64,000 nt of DNA from Nitrosopumilus sp. (GTDB lineage Archaea; Thermoproteota; Nitrososphaeria; Nitrososphaerales; Nitrosopumilaceae). Below, piece by piece: positions 11,505 through 21,770 of this stretch. Positions within the stretch are counted from its first letter, which is position 1. Each line of letters starts with the position of its first letter. The stretch is taken from contig OZ242186.1 of NCBI GenBank assembly GCA_965205675.1, positions 1,024,001-1,088,000 of the forward strand. Reading direction: 5' to 3'. The position numbers and the translations under genes were made by a program. The notes below the pieces were generated by a model. The model saw only the letters and a program-made list of their open reading frames with translations. It had not been told where the DNA came from and did not search any database.

Positions 11505-11678
11505 CTAGTAGAATTTAGAATCCCAGCATTGCTTGTGATATGCCACATAGTATTTTTTTGTAGATGTGGTATGCACAATGTCATTTAGCTTGAAATGTTT
11601 TTTACATTTATCACAGGAAAGATATGCATATCTTGTTTCCAATGAAGGATTGTTAATTATTACATCTCTGTGAGTCAT
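11505..11678 (-). CDS. 57-aa CxxC/HxxC zinc-finger microprotein, copy B
   Basis: MTHRDVII...SCDKCKKHFKLNDIVH...YHKQCWDSKFY. Confidence 0.65.
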   Translation of the reverse strand: MTHRDVIINNPSLETRYAYLSCDKCKKHFKLNDIVHTTSTKKYYVAYHKQCWDSKFY

Positions 11679-11682
11679 AGTG

Positions 11683-11856
11683 TCAGTTGTATAGCGAATC
11701 CCAGCATTGCTTGTGATATACAACTCTACTAGTTTTTGTAATGTGAGTATGACCTTTATCTCCTATGTGAAACGAGCCATCACATTTGGCACATCTATAA
11801 TTTCTATATCGTCTCTCCTGAGTACCATCAAGTATCAAAAAATCATAATTTCCCAT
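11683..11856 (-). CDS. 57-aa CxxC/HxxC zinc-finger microprotein, copy A (not in ORF track)
   Basis: Hand translation MGNYDFLILDGTQERRYRNYRCAKCDGSFHIGDKGHTHITKTSRVVYHKQCWDSLYN. Confidence 0.65.
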   Translation of the reverse strand: MGNYDFLILDGTQERRYRNYRCAKCDGSFHIGDKGHTHITKTSRVVYHKQCWDSLYN

Positions 11857-12482
11857 CCGAATAATACAGATATCCCTTCAATATGAAAGCATTTGGACAT
11901 TTGTGAATATAAAAAAAAGTTTGATGAGAAAGAGACCTTAGTTTTTTATCAACATTTGGGATCTTTTATTGAACTGTTCTGTAGAGTTCTGATAGCCTGA
12001 TCATTCTTTTTTGCCAGAATCTTTTTCTTGCTTTAAATCCATCATTCCCTAATTGCATTTTTTATGGAATGCAATAAAAGAGAAATGCTCTCTTGTTTTT
12101 GGCAGTCGGGTTTGGAGCAACTGCTGTTATGGGAATTCTATCTCATAACCTCTTTGATGCTACAAGTAACTGGCGATTCAAAGACATTACAAATAACATC
12201 ATCTTAGAATGCCTGATGATTCAGCAAGAAACGCCATCCCAAGTTTTACTATAGAGAATTTCAGCAAAGATATATTCCATTAAAAAAAATTCTTAAGATC
12301 TCATCCTAATATCACTTGTAAATGATATTTTGACATATTAAAAAAAAACTTTATGAAAAATAATCTAAATCTTTTTTCATAATTTGATAATGTCTGATAT
12401 CTTTTATAATCTATTGACAATCTTTTATTGATAGTTCATAAAAATTAGATCAGTTTCAATGTAATTTCTACTTGAATTATGT

Positions 12483-12758
12483 CTATTCTGTTGGCTTTTT
12501 TTCTATTCTTTTTGCACTGTCTTTCTTCTTTCTTGCACCAAAACTAATCAAAACAAGCAAGAATCCGATCCCTATTAGAATTCCTGTAAGCATCTGATAA
12601 GCTCGATTTTGATCTTCAGACACCATCAAATCTATAATTTCTTCCTCAGTCATTCCTGATTGTCCTATTGGTTCATCAGTATATGCAAATGTAACAATTA
12701 TTCCAGCAATGATCATTATTATTCCTCCACTTAGAATTCTTTTATCAACTAGGATCAA
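12483..12758 (-). CDS. small 2-TM membrane protein
   Basis: Two hydrophobic helices and a basic tail. Confidence 0.7.
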   Translation of the reverse strand: MILVDKRILSGGIIMIIAGIIVTFAYTDEPIGQSGMTEEEIIDLMVSEDQNRAYQMLTGILIGIGFLLVLISFGARKKKDSAKRIEKKPTE

Positions 12759-12839
12759 TTTCTGTAATTATTTTTCTTTCATCATATATTAGGTAAGTGG
12801 AAGAATGGAACTGGTGTTCTTTCCAAAAATTATTTCGTG

Positions 12840-13320
12840 TCACTTTCATGAGTAATTCCTCCATAGAATACTTGGGTCTATGAGTATTTCGTTTGTTATC
12901 ATCTTAGAGTGATACGCATCAGATGGTGTCTCCATGTTATCCAAGTCTAGTGCGCCATGAACTCTAATGTGGTTGTACCAATGCATAAACTGCTCCACTG
13001 ACTCAAAGTATTCTATTTTACACTCAAAGATATCCCAGAACTTTTCTAGCTTACCATTTGTTTGTGGATGTCTCACTCTTGTACGAGAGTGCTTTACGTG
13101 ATGTCTCATTAGTTGCTGCTCAAAGTCTACTGGCTTGTTATGATCAAGAGTATTGACATTTGATGTGAACTGTTTTCCATTATCAGATAGTACAGATGCT
13201 GGTCTACCGTGATTCTTTATTGCATCAGATAGTACTGCAGAAGAATTCACAGATGTTGCCTCATCATACACTCCGAAACCCGTGATAAATCGTGAGGCAT
13301 CATCTTCAAATGCAATTAGT
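12840..13320 (-). pseudogene. IS481-family transposase 3' fragment
   Basis: rve core: LSDNGKQF, HPQTNGKLEKF, WYNHIRVHGAL; N-terminus missing. Confidence 0.85.
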
Positions 13321-13708
13321 GGGATTTGAGATTTACATGTTGGCTTGAATCTCAGAAAGACGTAGATTTTGCCACATGACTAGAAAATTTAGCTTTAATT
13401 GAGGATATCATGATCCATTTGCTAAATTCAACAGTATTGATACTGCAATTGTTTGGTTTTGAGCACAAAGTTCCTACTTTGCCATATTTGTCGTAGAATT
13501 CTTGTTTATTTTTAAAATCTATGTTATACTTGCATGAAAACAACCATGTTAAACAAGCTTGTTAGCATACTAGTAAAACACACATGTTATACATGGTTTG
13601 AATAAAAAATAGCATAACAAAAACGACTCTTACTACCCTGGCTTTACAGCAAGTCTCTAATTTAACACCATGTTGAAAAGATCCTGAGATTCAACAGTGT
13701 AGGTGAAT

Positions 13709-14407
13709 CTATTGCCCGGTCTCAGATAATAACATGTCTCTTGTTTCAATCATTTTTAAAGTCATTTCTTCGTTACCCTTACTTATTGATTCATTTACTG
13801 CATCCAAGTATAGTTTAGCAGGGTTGTCATAATGCACTTTATCTATGTATGATTGAATATATTGTGTTCCATCTAATTCAGCTGTAATATCATACCGTGA
13901 TGAAAATCCATTTATAATGTATTTGTCGTCATGATCTGAATTTTTTTCGATCAAGTAAAAATGCTTATCACCAATATTGTAGGTTTGAACATCCTCACGA
14001 TAAAACATTGTTTTTACACCATCACTTTCACCAATCTTACCACTTGCCCAATCATACACAATTAATTTTTCACTAAAATTTCCTGTGGTATCTTTAAAAT
14101 AATGATCAACGACCAACATGATTTTTTGATATGGTCGTTTTTCCGTATGTGCGATATACTCATTACCATTCTCATCTATATCTATACCAGTATTTGATTC
14201 AAGTAATTCTATACCTACATCTTCAACTGTAGCTACTGCTATGATCTCCACACCGGAGATTTTCCAATCAAAAGACATATTCGAATTATACTGTGAAACA
14301 CCATATGAAGTATTTACATATGAATTTTCATTTATGTATATTGCAGATGATGTACTAATTACCATCACACCAATTAAGATAGATAATAGAGTTTTTTTAT
14401 TCGTCAT
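13709..14407 (-). CDS. membrane-anchored or secreted partner of the metalloprotease
   Basis: N-terminal basic-hydrophobic signal/anchor; ATGA overlap with the upstream stop. Confidence 0.8.
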   Translation of the reverse strand: MTNKKTLLSILIGVMVISTSSAIYINENSYVNTSYGVSQYNSNMSFDWKISGVEIIAVATVEDVGIELLESNTGIDIDENGNEYIAHTEKRPYQKIMLVVDHYFKDTTGNFSEKLIVYDWASGKIGESDGVKTMFYREDVQTYNIGDKHFYLIEKNSDHDDKYIINGFSSRYDITAELDGTQYIQSYIDKVHYDNPAKLYLDAVNESISKGNEEMTLKMIETRDMLLSETGQ

Positions 14408-15129
14408 GGATATTTAGAACCTATTTTATTTTTGTCTGCTGTTGATAAATCGTATCCAAAGTTGGATCCGCATTGATATCCGTTGAATCTTAGATCTGTT
14501 GAAACACTATTATGATCAATACCAATCACATGTAGTAATTCGTGTCCTAGGGTCTTTTCAATGTCTCTTTGTGTAGGTTGATTGTCTATATTGCATATTT
14601 CTGTTATATCCCAATTCATGGAATTATGTGAATTTACATTTAATATCATTTTCTTAAAATGATTATCTTTTGTTATACAATGCCATAAAAATTGATTGAT
14701 GCAATGGAGTTCATAATCTGTAAATCCAATATTCCCAAGACTCCCGTAATTTGTTGATGTAATATAGTTATCAGATGCTGCTACTTTATCAAAACTAATT
14801 TTTTTGTTAATGTTGTCAAATCGTGTTTCTATTGTGCTTATTTCTGATGATACATTTGCTTTTGTAACACCTGAGTTAGAAATATTATTTAGAATTTTGA
14901 TTTCTACGGCACACTTATCACTGTTCGTTCCTGTCCCACAATTAAGATAATCTGTATGTCCATCTGTTAAAGTTCTAGACCACGTATGTCGTTCGAATTC
15001 TAAAAATTGATTAGAACCTTCATGTTTTGCATATGCAGTATCTGCTGATGAAATAATGACGAGTGTAACACCCAATGTCATCAATATCAGTGAAAAGATA
15101 CTGTTTTTTTCCAGCATTTTAGGAATCAT
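14404..15129 (-). CDS. secreted metzincin (matrixin/M10-like) zinc metalloprotease
   Basis: Signal peptide ending AYA; HELLHVIGIDH = HExxHxxGxxH; LSTADK tail. Confidence 0.82.
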   Translation of the reverse strand: MIPKMLEKNSIFSLILMTLGVTLVIISSADTAYAKHEGSNQFLEFERHTWSRTLTDGHTDYLNCGTGTNSDKCAVEIKILNNISNSGVTKANVSSEISTIETRFDNINKKISFDKVAASDNYITSTNYGSLGNIGFTDYELHCINQFLWHCITKDNHFKKMILNVNSHNSMNWDITEICNIDNQPTQRDIEKTLGHELLHVIGIDHNSVSTDLRFNGYQCGSNFGYDLSTADKNKIGSKYP

Positions 15130-15230
15130 TATTTCAAGAATGAATTTAAATGTTAGGTGATTGTAAACCTATTACCACCAACTATTTTTGAGTAATTATT
15201 GGAAAAAACAATCAACATAATTGAGTTATC

Positions 15231-15385
15231 TGAGACTTGGGCATAATTAATTCTAATTTTTGAGTCAATTCTCAAATTATTCAAATCAAAAAAGCTAAGG
15301 ATCTTATCATGTTTTGTTCATTGGAATGTCAAAACAAATGAAAATCCCTGGCAACATAAGATGCCAGTCATTCCTTATTGGTGTT
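15231..15385 (+). repeat. non-coding direct repeat, copy 1
   Basis: About 120 bp near-identical to 18904 onward, with weaker similarity for about 35 bp more; starts with TGAGACTTGGGCATAAT. Confidence 0.92.
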
Positions 15386-15613
15386 TTGTATCTGTACTGT
15401 CTAACAAATATTCATGACCCAAAATCTTCCAAATTATGCTAATTCCTGAAATTTAAACTTGAATCTACAATGTACGTAAATCGAGTTCAGAATAGGGTGA
15501 CGAATTTTTGTTATTGAGTATAACTGACCATTCCATCACCAGAATTGACAATTAGTTGGAAATCTGCCTAGTTCTGACCAAAGTAAATTTCTTTATCTGT
15601 GCAATAACCTATT

Positions 15614-15910
15614 CTACTTTAATTCTAATTTTTTTCTGCGATTATCTAAAAATCTATTAATATAATGTGCGATAGGGAGCCAAAAAATAAGATTAGATGC
15701 AAGGATTGTGATAAAGTTTGCAATCTCACCAGACAGATAACGTGGACCATCATCTATCGCCATAACGACAAAAGTCATTAGATATACCACTGGATTAAAA
15801 ATCACATTAGTATGATAATTCATTGGAAGTCCTACCAAATATGTACCATAGAAAGTTAAAAGACCATAAAATGGCAAACCAATGTAAAGTGCTAATTTCC
15901 TTATAGTCAA
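15614..15910 (-). CDS. small multi-TM protein, partner in GPVG cassette 1
   Basis: 98 aa, hydrophobic; starts 5 nt after the upstream stop. Confidence 0.75.
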   Translation of the reverse strand: MTIRKLALYIGLPFYGLLTFYGTYLVGLPMNYHTNVIFNPVVYLMTFVVMAIDDGPRYLSGEIANFITILASNLIFWLPIAHYINRFLDNRRKKLELK

Positions 15911-15915
15911 AAAGA

Positions 15916-16824
15916 TTAAGGTACTGAGACCTTAGATAGGGATCTGTTTGTGTCAGATATATCCATCATATGATTCCAAGTATTGCTGACATAGATTATT
16001 TGACCCGGTGTGTATGGCTTTGTTGTGGTTGCATGACAATAGATAGTTGTACATAGATAATCCCAAGAATTACTCCATGTATTATCAAATTCTATCTGAT
16101 TATTGTTCTTGATGGTAAATATTTCTATATCGTGTATTCTATCATACATGATTATTCTGACTCGGTCATATGCGGCATCCAAAGTTGGGTGATCTTCATC
16201 ATAGAAATATAGAGAGTACGTTCTTTCACAATCTACAGAATTATCATTATATGAGACAAGATACAAATCATTATCCCCATTGAAATGATATAACCAACCA
16301 ATAGAGCCGCCATCAATGTCTAGACGTAGTTGTTTGTATGTTGGATTTGTAGTACTTGAACATGCGGCACTTGCAGTCTGAATACCAAACCAATCTAGAA
16401 AACTAACATCTATCCTATCTGCATAATTTGACTCTTGTAATGCTTTTAGTTTCTCGTCTTTTATTGTTTCATCAAAGATATAATTTTTTACAGCTGCAAT
16501 CTCTACATCAGTCAGGTTTCTAGTTTCTGAATCCACACGGGATTGTTCAATTACAGTACTAAAGAACTCGTCATATTCTGCCTTGATTTCATTAGATTTT
16601 GCTTGAAAATCTTTTGTATCTGCATCATCTATTAATTCTCGAATATCATCTTTGAACTCTTGTTTTGTTAGTTCATCAACAACTCCAACTGGTCCTACCT
16701 CATCTGTAGAATCCTCACCTGGTCCATTCTGAGCATCTGCAAAATCAATCATACTAAACGGTAGAATCATTGCAGTAATTATTCCTGCAAACAAAATTGT
16801 CTGTACTTTTTTATCATTTTTCAT
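15916..16824 (-). CDS. secreted GPVG-motif protein 1
   Basis: ATG at 16824; signal peptide, GPGEDSTDEVGPVGVVDEL, helical region, Cys-containing C-terminal domain (DEDHP...HDIE...NTWNH). Confidence 0.85.
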   Translation of the reverse strand: MKNDKKVQTILFAGIITAMILPFSMIDFADAQNGPGEDSTDEVGPVGVVDELTKQEFKDDIRELIDDADTKDFQAKSNEIKAEYDEFFSTVIEQSRVDSETRNLTDVEIAAVKNYIFDETIKDEKLKALQESNYADRIDVSFLDWFGIQTASAACSSTTNPTYKQLRLDIDGGSIGWLYHFNGDNDLYLVSYNDNSVDCERTYSLYFYDEDHPTLDAAYDRVRIIMYDRIHDIEIFTIKNNNQIEFDNTWSNSWDYLCTTIYCHATTTKPYTPGQIIYVSNTWNHMMDISDTNRSLSKVSVP

Positions 16825-17058
16825 GTTATTGTCACATCGCAAAAATTATTCCAATATAAAGATAACTTAGACATGGGCATAATCAATTACAAAAAACAAA
16901 ACCAAAAAATAATTATTATCAAATTGATTTTGTTTTAATCAACATAATCTAATGTATATTCAATATGACTTTACAATTCCATGATATTATTCCATCATAG
17001 AAAGTGGGATAAAGTAATATGGATTATATGTTAGGATTTTACCGTATTAAATAATAAC

Positions 17059-17986
17059 ATGAAAAATTTAACAAAAAAGACACAAACAATTTTGCTTGCA
17101 GGAATAATTACTGCAATGATTCCTGCCCTTTAGTACGATGAATGTCGTAGATGCTCAGAATGTCCCAGGAGAGGATTCTACAGATGAGATTGGACCAGTA
17201 GGAGTTGTTGATGAATTAACAGTACTAGATTCTGTATTAGATGACTATTTAGAGGAATTAGAAGTTGAACAAGATGTAGAATATACAGAATATTTGGATA
17301 CTGCAATTACTAGATTAGAAATTGCAAAAGCAATGATGCAGGTTTCAAAAAATTCTACTGATATTGCAATGAAATATCAAAACCACACTGTTCTAGAACT
17401 GCTTGTCCTTCTTGATCAAACATATGGACCTGAGGATTATCCTGCAACTAACAGTGATAACAATTCAACACATACAAACATAGACATGCTAACTGAAAAT
17501 AATCATGTATCTGGACTTTATTTTGTTAGTCATAGTACGCCAGAAGTTGATGTGTTGAATTACAACAACCATCACCAAAAACAATATGATTGTATGGACA
17601 GAATAACCCTTACAGGTAAATCTTTATCTGTCTTAACATCATACTCAGACAACACTGCAACGATTACTGGTACATTTGATTATCCAGAAGATATGGATAA
17701 AAATATCAGAGAACGAAGAAGTAATGAATGCTTGAGTTTTGAACACGATGAAACAGTAAAACGACATGATGTTATGATATCCCTTGATCCTAGAGAAATA
17801 ATACGAGCTCAAGTGTGTACTTTGACGGAATCTAATCCTTTGGGTTCTGACTTGGTAAGTTGCAATGCTTTTGGTGCAAATAGATTGACTGTAATTACGA
17901 CAATTAACACGTATGATGGAGTTGATTCATCTAAAATAACCTCGCTTGGGAGTACAATGGTAACACTGTTGTTTACTGCGCCATAA
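17059..17986 (+). pseudogene. secreted GPVG-motif protein 2, +1 frameshift in the signal peptide
   Basis: ATG 17059 gives MKNLTKKTQTILLAGIITAMI; an extra C near 17122 breaks the ILPFS seen in paralog 1; 17138-17986 is open with VPGEDSTDEIGPVGVVDEL. Confidence 0.8.
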
Positions 17987-17993
17987 TTTTTTC

Positions 17994-18266
17994 ATGTTTA
18001 AGAAAAAACTAGGTTATGCCCTAGTATTACTATCGTTTTTATTTTTATTTGTTCCCTCCTTTGTGCTATTTGATAAATTATATCGTATGATATTGATAAT
18101 TGGGAATGACAAAACTAATGACTTACAAATATCGTCTCCGATTATAGATTTTGGTGGTTCTGCAGAAGGTGTTGCCCTTTACATTGTATCTATATCTATT
18201 GTAGGTTGTCTGTTCCTTTGTACTGGCATATACATCGTACTTTATACAAAAAATCCCCAAAACTAG
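17994..18266 (+). CDS. small 2-TM protein, partner in GPVG cassette 2
   Basis: 90 aa, two TM helices; 7 nt downstream of the secreted-protein gene. Confidence 0.75.
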   Translation: MFKKKLGYALVLLSFLFLFVPSFVLFDKLYRMILIIGNDKTNDLQISSPIIDFGGSAEGVALYIVSISIVGCLFLCTGIYIVLYTKNPQN

Positions 18267-18424
18267 GGTAAAAAATCAAAAAGAACCTCAAAGAAAAAAT
18301 ATCTCACTGCAATAATTGACATCAACACCACCTGAGAGATTTAGTAGGACCGTAATTTATGCAATCAGAAAATTATTGAATGTGAAATGTTAAAGTATTT
18401 ACTTGTTGTTTAGCAGTTTTGTTA

Positions 18425-18697
18425 TCAGTGTAGTGATACTTGCACAAAAGTAATTGTGGATATCATGTAAGTTACAGGATCTAACTTGAATCCAAGAAGA
18501 TTAAATCCCAACAGCAGTGTTATGATAAACGATGTCACCATGTTGAATATATACACTATTTGCAATGTATCACTCATCTGAGTTGCTATCTTTCTCTTTG
18601 CTTTGTTTACCTGTCTTTGCTCATCATCATATTTCTTTTCTAATGTTGATTCAGACTTTGCTTTTTTACCAAAGTCTTCTGATATTTTTTTAGGCAA
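18425..18697 (-). CDS. hypothetical membrane protein, possibly a fragment
   Basis: Charged N-terminus followed by hydrophobic segments. Confidence 0.4.
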   Translation of the reverse strand: MPKKISEDFGKKAKSESTLEKKYDDEQRQVNKAKRKIATQMSDTLQIVYIFNMVTSFIITLLLGFNLLGFKLDPVTYMISTITFVQVSLH

Positions 18698-18903
18698 GGC
18701 TTGCGTATTTTGCTTTATAGTATTCTTTGATCATTTCGTTTGGTATTGGAGTGTATGTTTTGCCTCCACGATACACTTGATCCCAAGGACTGTCTTTTTG
18801 ATGTGTAATTCCTATTAACTATCCTCCATCAATATCACTGTAAAAATCAATTACTTGATCCATAACATCTTTTTCATTATCATCAAACAAACTCTCATCT
18901 AAA

Positions 18904-19057
18904 TGAGATTTGGGCATAATTAATTCTAATTTTTGAGTCAATTCTCAAATTATTCAAATCAAAAAAGCTAAGGATCTTATCATGTTTTGTTCATTGGAAT
19001 GTCAAAACAAATGAAAATTCCTAGCAAGATTCTATCGGAATCATTTCTTATTGGTGT
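18904..19057 (+). repeat. non-coding direct repeat, copy 2
   Basis: Matches 15231-15385. Confidence 0.92.
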
Positions 19058-19122
19058 GTTACATTTGGTGGGAATGTTGTCTTTGTATGAGGAAGTATTC
19101 AGATCTGGCAGGACCATACGTG

Positions 19123-20216
19123 TATACCCCAGATCATAAGTCTTTTCAATTTACTGTTCTTGCAAAATACTGATACATATTCAAATTAAATTTGTGGGTT
19201 CTAAAATATTCCATAACTGTATGCCTCATCTCATGAATAGATTCATAAAATTCTGATTCAACATTAACATGTTTGCACTGTCTCCAAATCTCTTCAATCA
19301 TACTCAAATGCGGGGAGCCTCTCAGAAGATATGCCAGTTTAACATCTTCGTTTTTACGCAGATATTTTTTTACATCATTAGCTTTGTGTTGCGGTGCCTT
19401 ATCGACGATAACAAATATTTTTCCAAATTTTCTACGAGCTGCCTCCAAATAATCTATAAATGCAATTGAATTAAATTTTTCATACGATCTAAAATTTTTT
19501 GATTATCATCATTTCCATAAACCAAAAATCTTTGATGTGATCCTCTCCAACGTACAATCATTCGTTGATGTGTATCTGTCCAGTATTTTTTACCAAGACG
19601 TACATCGTCGACAAATACTGATTCGTCTTGGATAAATACTGTAAAACCTTTCTTTTTTGCCTTTTTTATGCGTGAAATGATGCGGTTTTTCCACTTGCGG
19701 CATGTATCCTTGGATGCTGCTCGCACATGTAGTTTTTGTGGAACCTTTGGTTTTAGATTCCATTTGTGCATCAAACGACGCACGTGAGTGATATGATATG
19801 TAATGCGTGTTCTGTAAAATATGAATTGTATCAGTTTTTTTGGAGTCATTCCATCTGAAATTTTCTTAAATGCACGCTCTATTTTTTGTAATTTTTTGTG
19901 TGAAATTAATGGCGGACGGCCAGAACGAGGGAGATCCTCCAGGCCCTCCAATCCATATCTTTCAAATGAATCTATCTAATTCCTTACAGAATTATATGTA
20001 CAAAACATTTGTCTTGCAGTTTCAGCAATTGTAGATTCGTTGATTTTAATCTTACACATTGCATGTAATCTTGTTTTTTTGTGAATATTTTTTTTCTTTT
20101 TTGTAGACCTGGAGTAACTCGTCATTTGTGATGTCAATGAAATTATTTCTAACTACTGATCAAAAAGTATTGCTATTTGTTTTGAAAAATTGCAAAGAAT
20201 TATGCTCCGAGGTATA
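19123..20216 (-). mobile_element. IS630-family element type B, copy 1 (frameshifted)
   Basis: TA-flanked ends TATACCCCAGATCATAA / TTATGCTCCGAGGTATA; PRSGRPP, QDESVF, DKAPQH, SPHLSMIEEIW. Confidence 0.92.
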
Positions 20217-20536
20217 CTGCACCTATTGGTTGTTCTTTGTGTTTTTGTAATACTAGATTGGTTTGGGCCTCTGATGGTGCTGATGAATGTCTTCCAGGAG
20301 TTTTTTGTACATGTGGTACACCTGTTTTACGAAATTCTGCCCAAATACGTTGAATATGTCTCTGTGTTACATTCATTTCATATGCAATTGTAGCTGTTCT
20401 ACGACCTTGTTTACACTGTGCAATGATGTAACGTATTGATTTCTCAGTAAGATATTTCCTTATAATTTTAGATCGATATAGTCTATAGTATTCCTTTACA
20501 CAATGTCTAATCTTAGGACGACCTAATTTTCGTACA
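20217..20536 (-). mobile_element. IS481-family 5' fragment cut by the IS630-B insertion
   Basis: Near-identical to the left part of 54852-56045; ends at a TA. Confidence 0.88.
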
Positions 20537-20576
20537 ATAGAATGGTTAAATTTGTGCATAATGTTAAATAGATATA

Positions 20577-21587
20577 TTGAAAAGTACTCTTCAAATAGGC
20601 ATTTATGGTTCTGGAAGTACAGAGTCTGCAGCAAAGACAATTAAAAAAATTTTAGATGATTCTGATATTTCTTCTTTTTCCATTACAAAATCAAGAAACA
20701 AACAAGCTGATTGTGTCATAGTTCTTGGTGGAGATAAAGGAGTTAGAAATTACTTTCATCGTACTTTTGACTCAACTTTACCTGTATTGGGCATTAGCGA
20801 AGGCGAGGCAAGTGGGTTTTTGGCTCAAATTGAACTTAGGGAATTTCCAACATATGTTGGCGTATTAAAAAAACAAAATTATACAACAGAACAGGTTCCT
20901 CGACTTGGCGTAAAAATTGATGGAAAAAACGTTTATCCTGTATTAAATGATGTTGCAGTTTTTTCATCTAAAAGTGCAATGTTGATGGAGCATACATTAC
21001 GAGTTAATGGTGATGAAGTTTGGCACGATAACAGTGATGGAATCATAGTATCTACTCCTATTGGCTCATCTGCGTATTCAATGTCTGCTGGAGGTCCCGT
21101 ATTGTTTCAAGACTCTGCAGTATTTGAAATAATTTCTGTAAACTCTCTTGATGTAACTAGAAGACCAATCATAGTTTCAAATGATAGTTCTATTGAAATT
21201 GATGATATTGCAGCACGATTACATTGTGAGGTAGTATTAGATGGGTTGGACAGATACAAAGTAAACAAAACTGTTGAATGTACGCAGTTTTTTCCTCCTG
21301 CTCAAATTATTAGACTCAAAAAAGATTCTACTGCCATATCTGCTCTTGCTAAAAAAGTACATCTTGCTGAAGAATTACTTAGCATGCCTCCTAGCTCTAA
21401 ACTTCTTTTGAAAACTTTAGAATATGAGGGAGCATTAACTCAAAAAGATCTAGCCAACAAAACATTACTTCCTGATAGAACAGTAAGACTTGCGTTAACT
21501 CATTTGCTCAAAAAAGGATATGTTAAAAAGAAAGTCTCTATTCGAGATGCACGACAAAAAATTTATGAAATCTCAAAAATCGAATAA
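20577..21587 (+). CDS. NAD(+) kinase family protein with C-terminal winged HTH
   Basis: VLGGDKG, LNDV, DGIIVSTPIGSSAYSMSAGGP; C-terminal LTQKDLA...RTVRLAL HTH. Confidence 0.9.
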   Translation: MKSTLQIGIYGSGSTESAAKTIKKILDDSDISSFSITKSRNKQADCVIVLGGDKGVRNYFHRTFDSTLPVLGISEGEASGFLAQIELREFPTYVGVLKKQNYTTEQVPRLGVKIDGKNVYPVLNDVAVFSSKSAMLMEHTLRVNGDEVWHDNSDGIIVSTPIGSSAYSMSAGGPVLFQDSAVFEIISVNSLDVTRRPIIVSNDSSIEIDDIAARLHCEVVLDGLDRYKVNKTVECTQFFPPAQIIRLKKDSTAISALAKKVHLAEELLSMPPSSKLLLKTLEYEGALTQKDLANKTLLPDRTVRLALTHLLKKGYVKKKVSIRDARQKIYEISKIE

Positions 21588-21770
21588 ATCATTTTTCTTT
21601 GGTGAAACTTGGTTGTATATGTCTTTGAAACATTTATCAGAACAAAACCTTCATTCTAACCTTATATCCACTATCACACACCTTACATTCTATCATTGTT
21701 TATGTTTGAATTTTTTTATAATCTATTTATACAAAATCAAAACCACAGCTTTAGAATTTTTTTTACTAGG

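Noticed and set aside
15205-15265. Canonical Xer/dif site
   Set aside because: GCATAA and AACATAA half-sites exist but no consistent 11-6-11 inverted arrangement across motif copies
13700-19100. Classical integron cassette array
   Set aside because: No integron integrase, no convincing attC hairpins with RYYYAAC/GTTRRRY ends, and cassettes lie in both orientations
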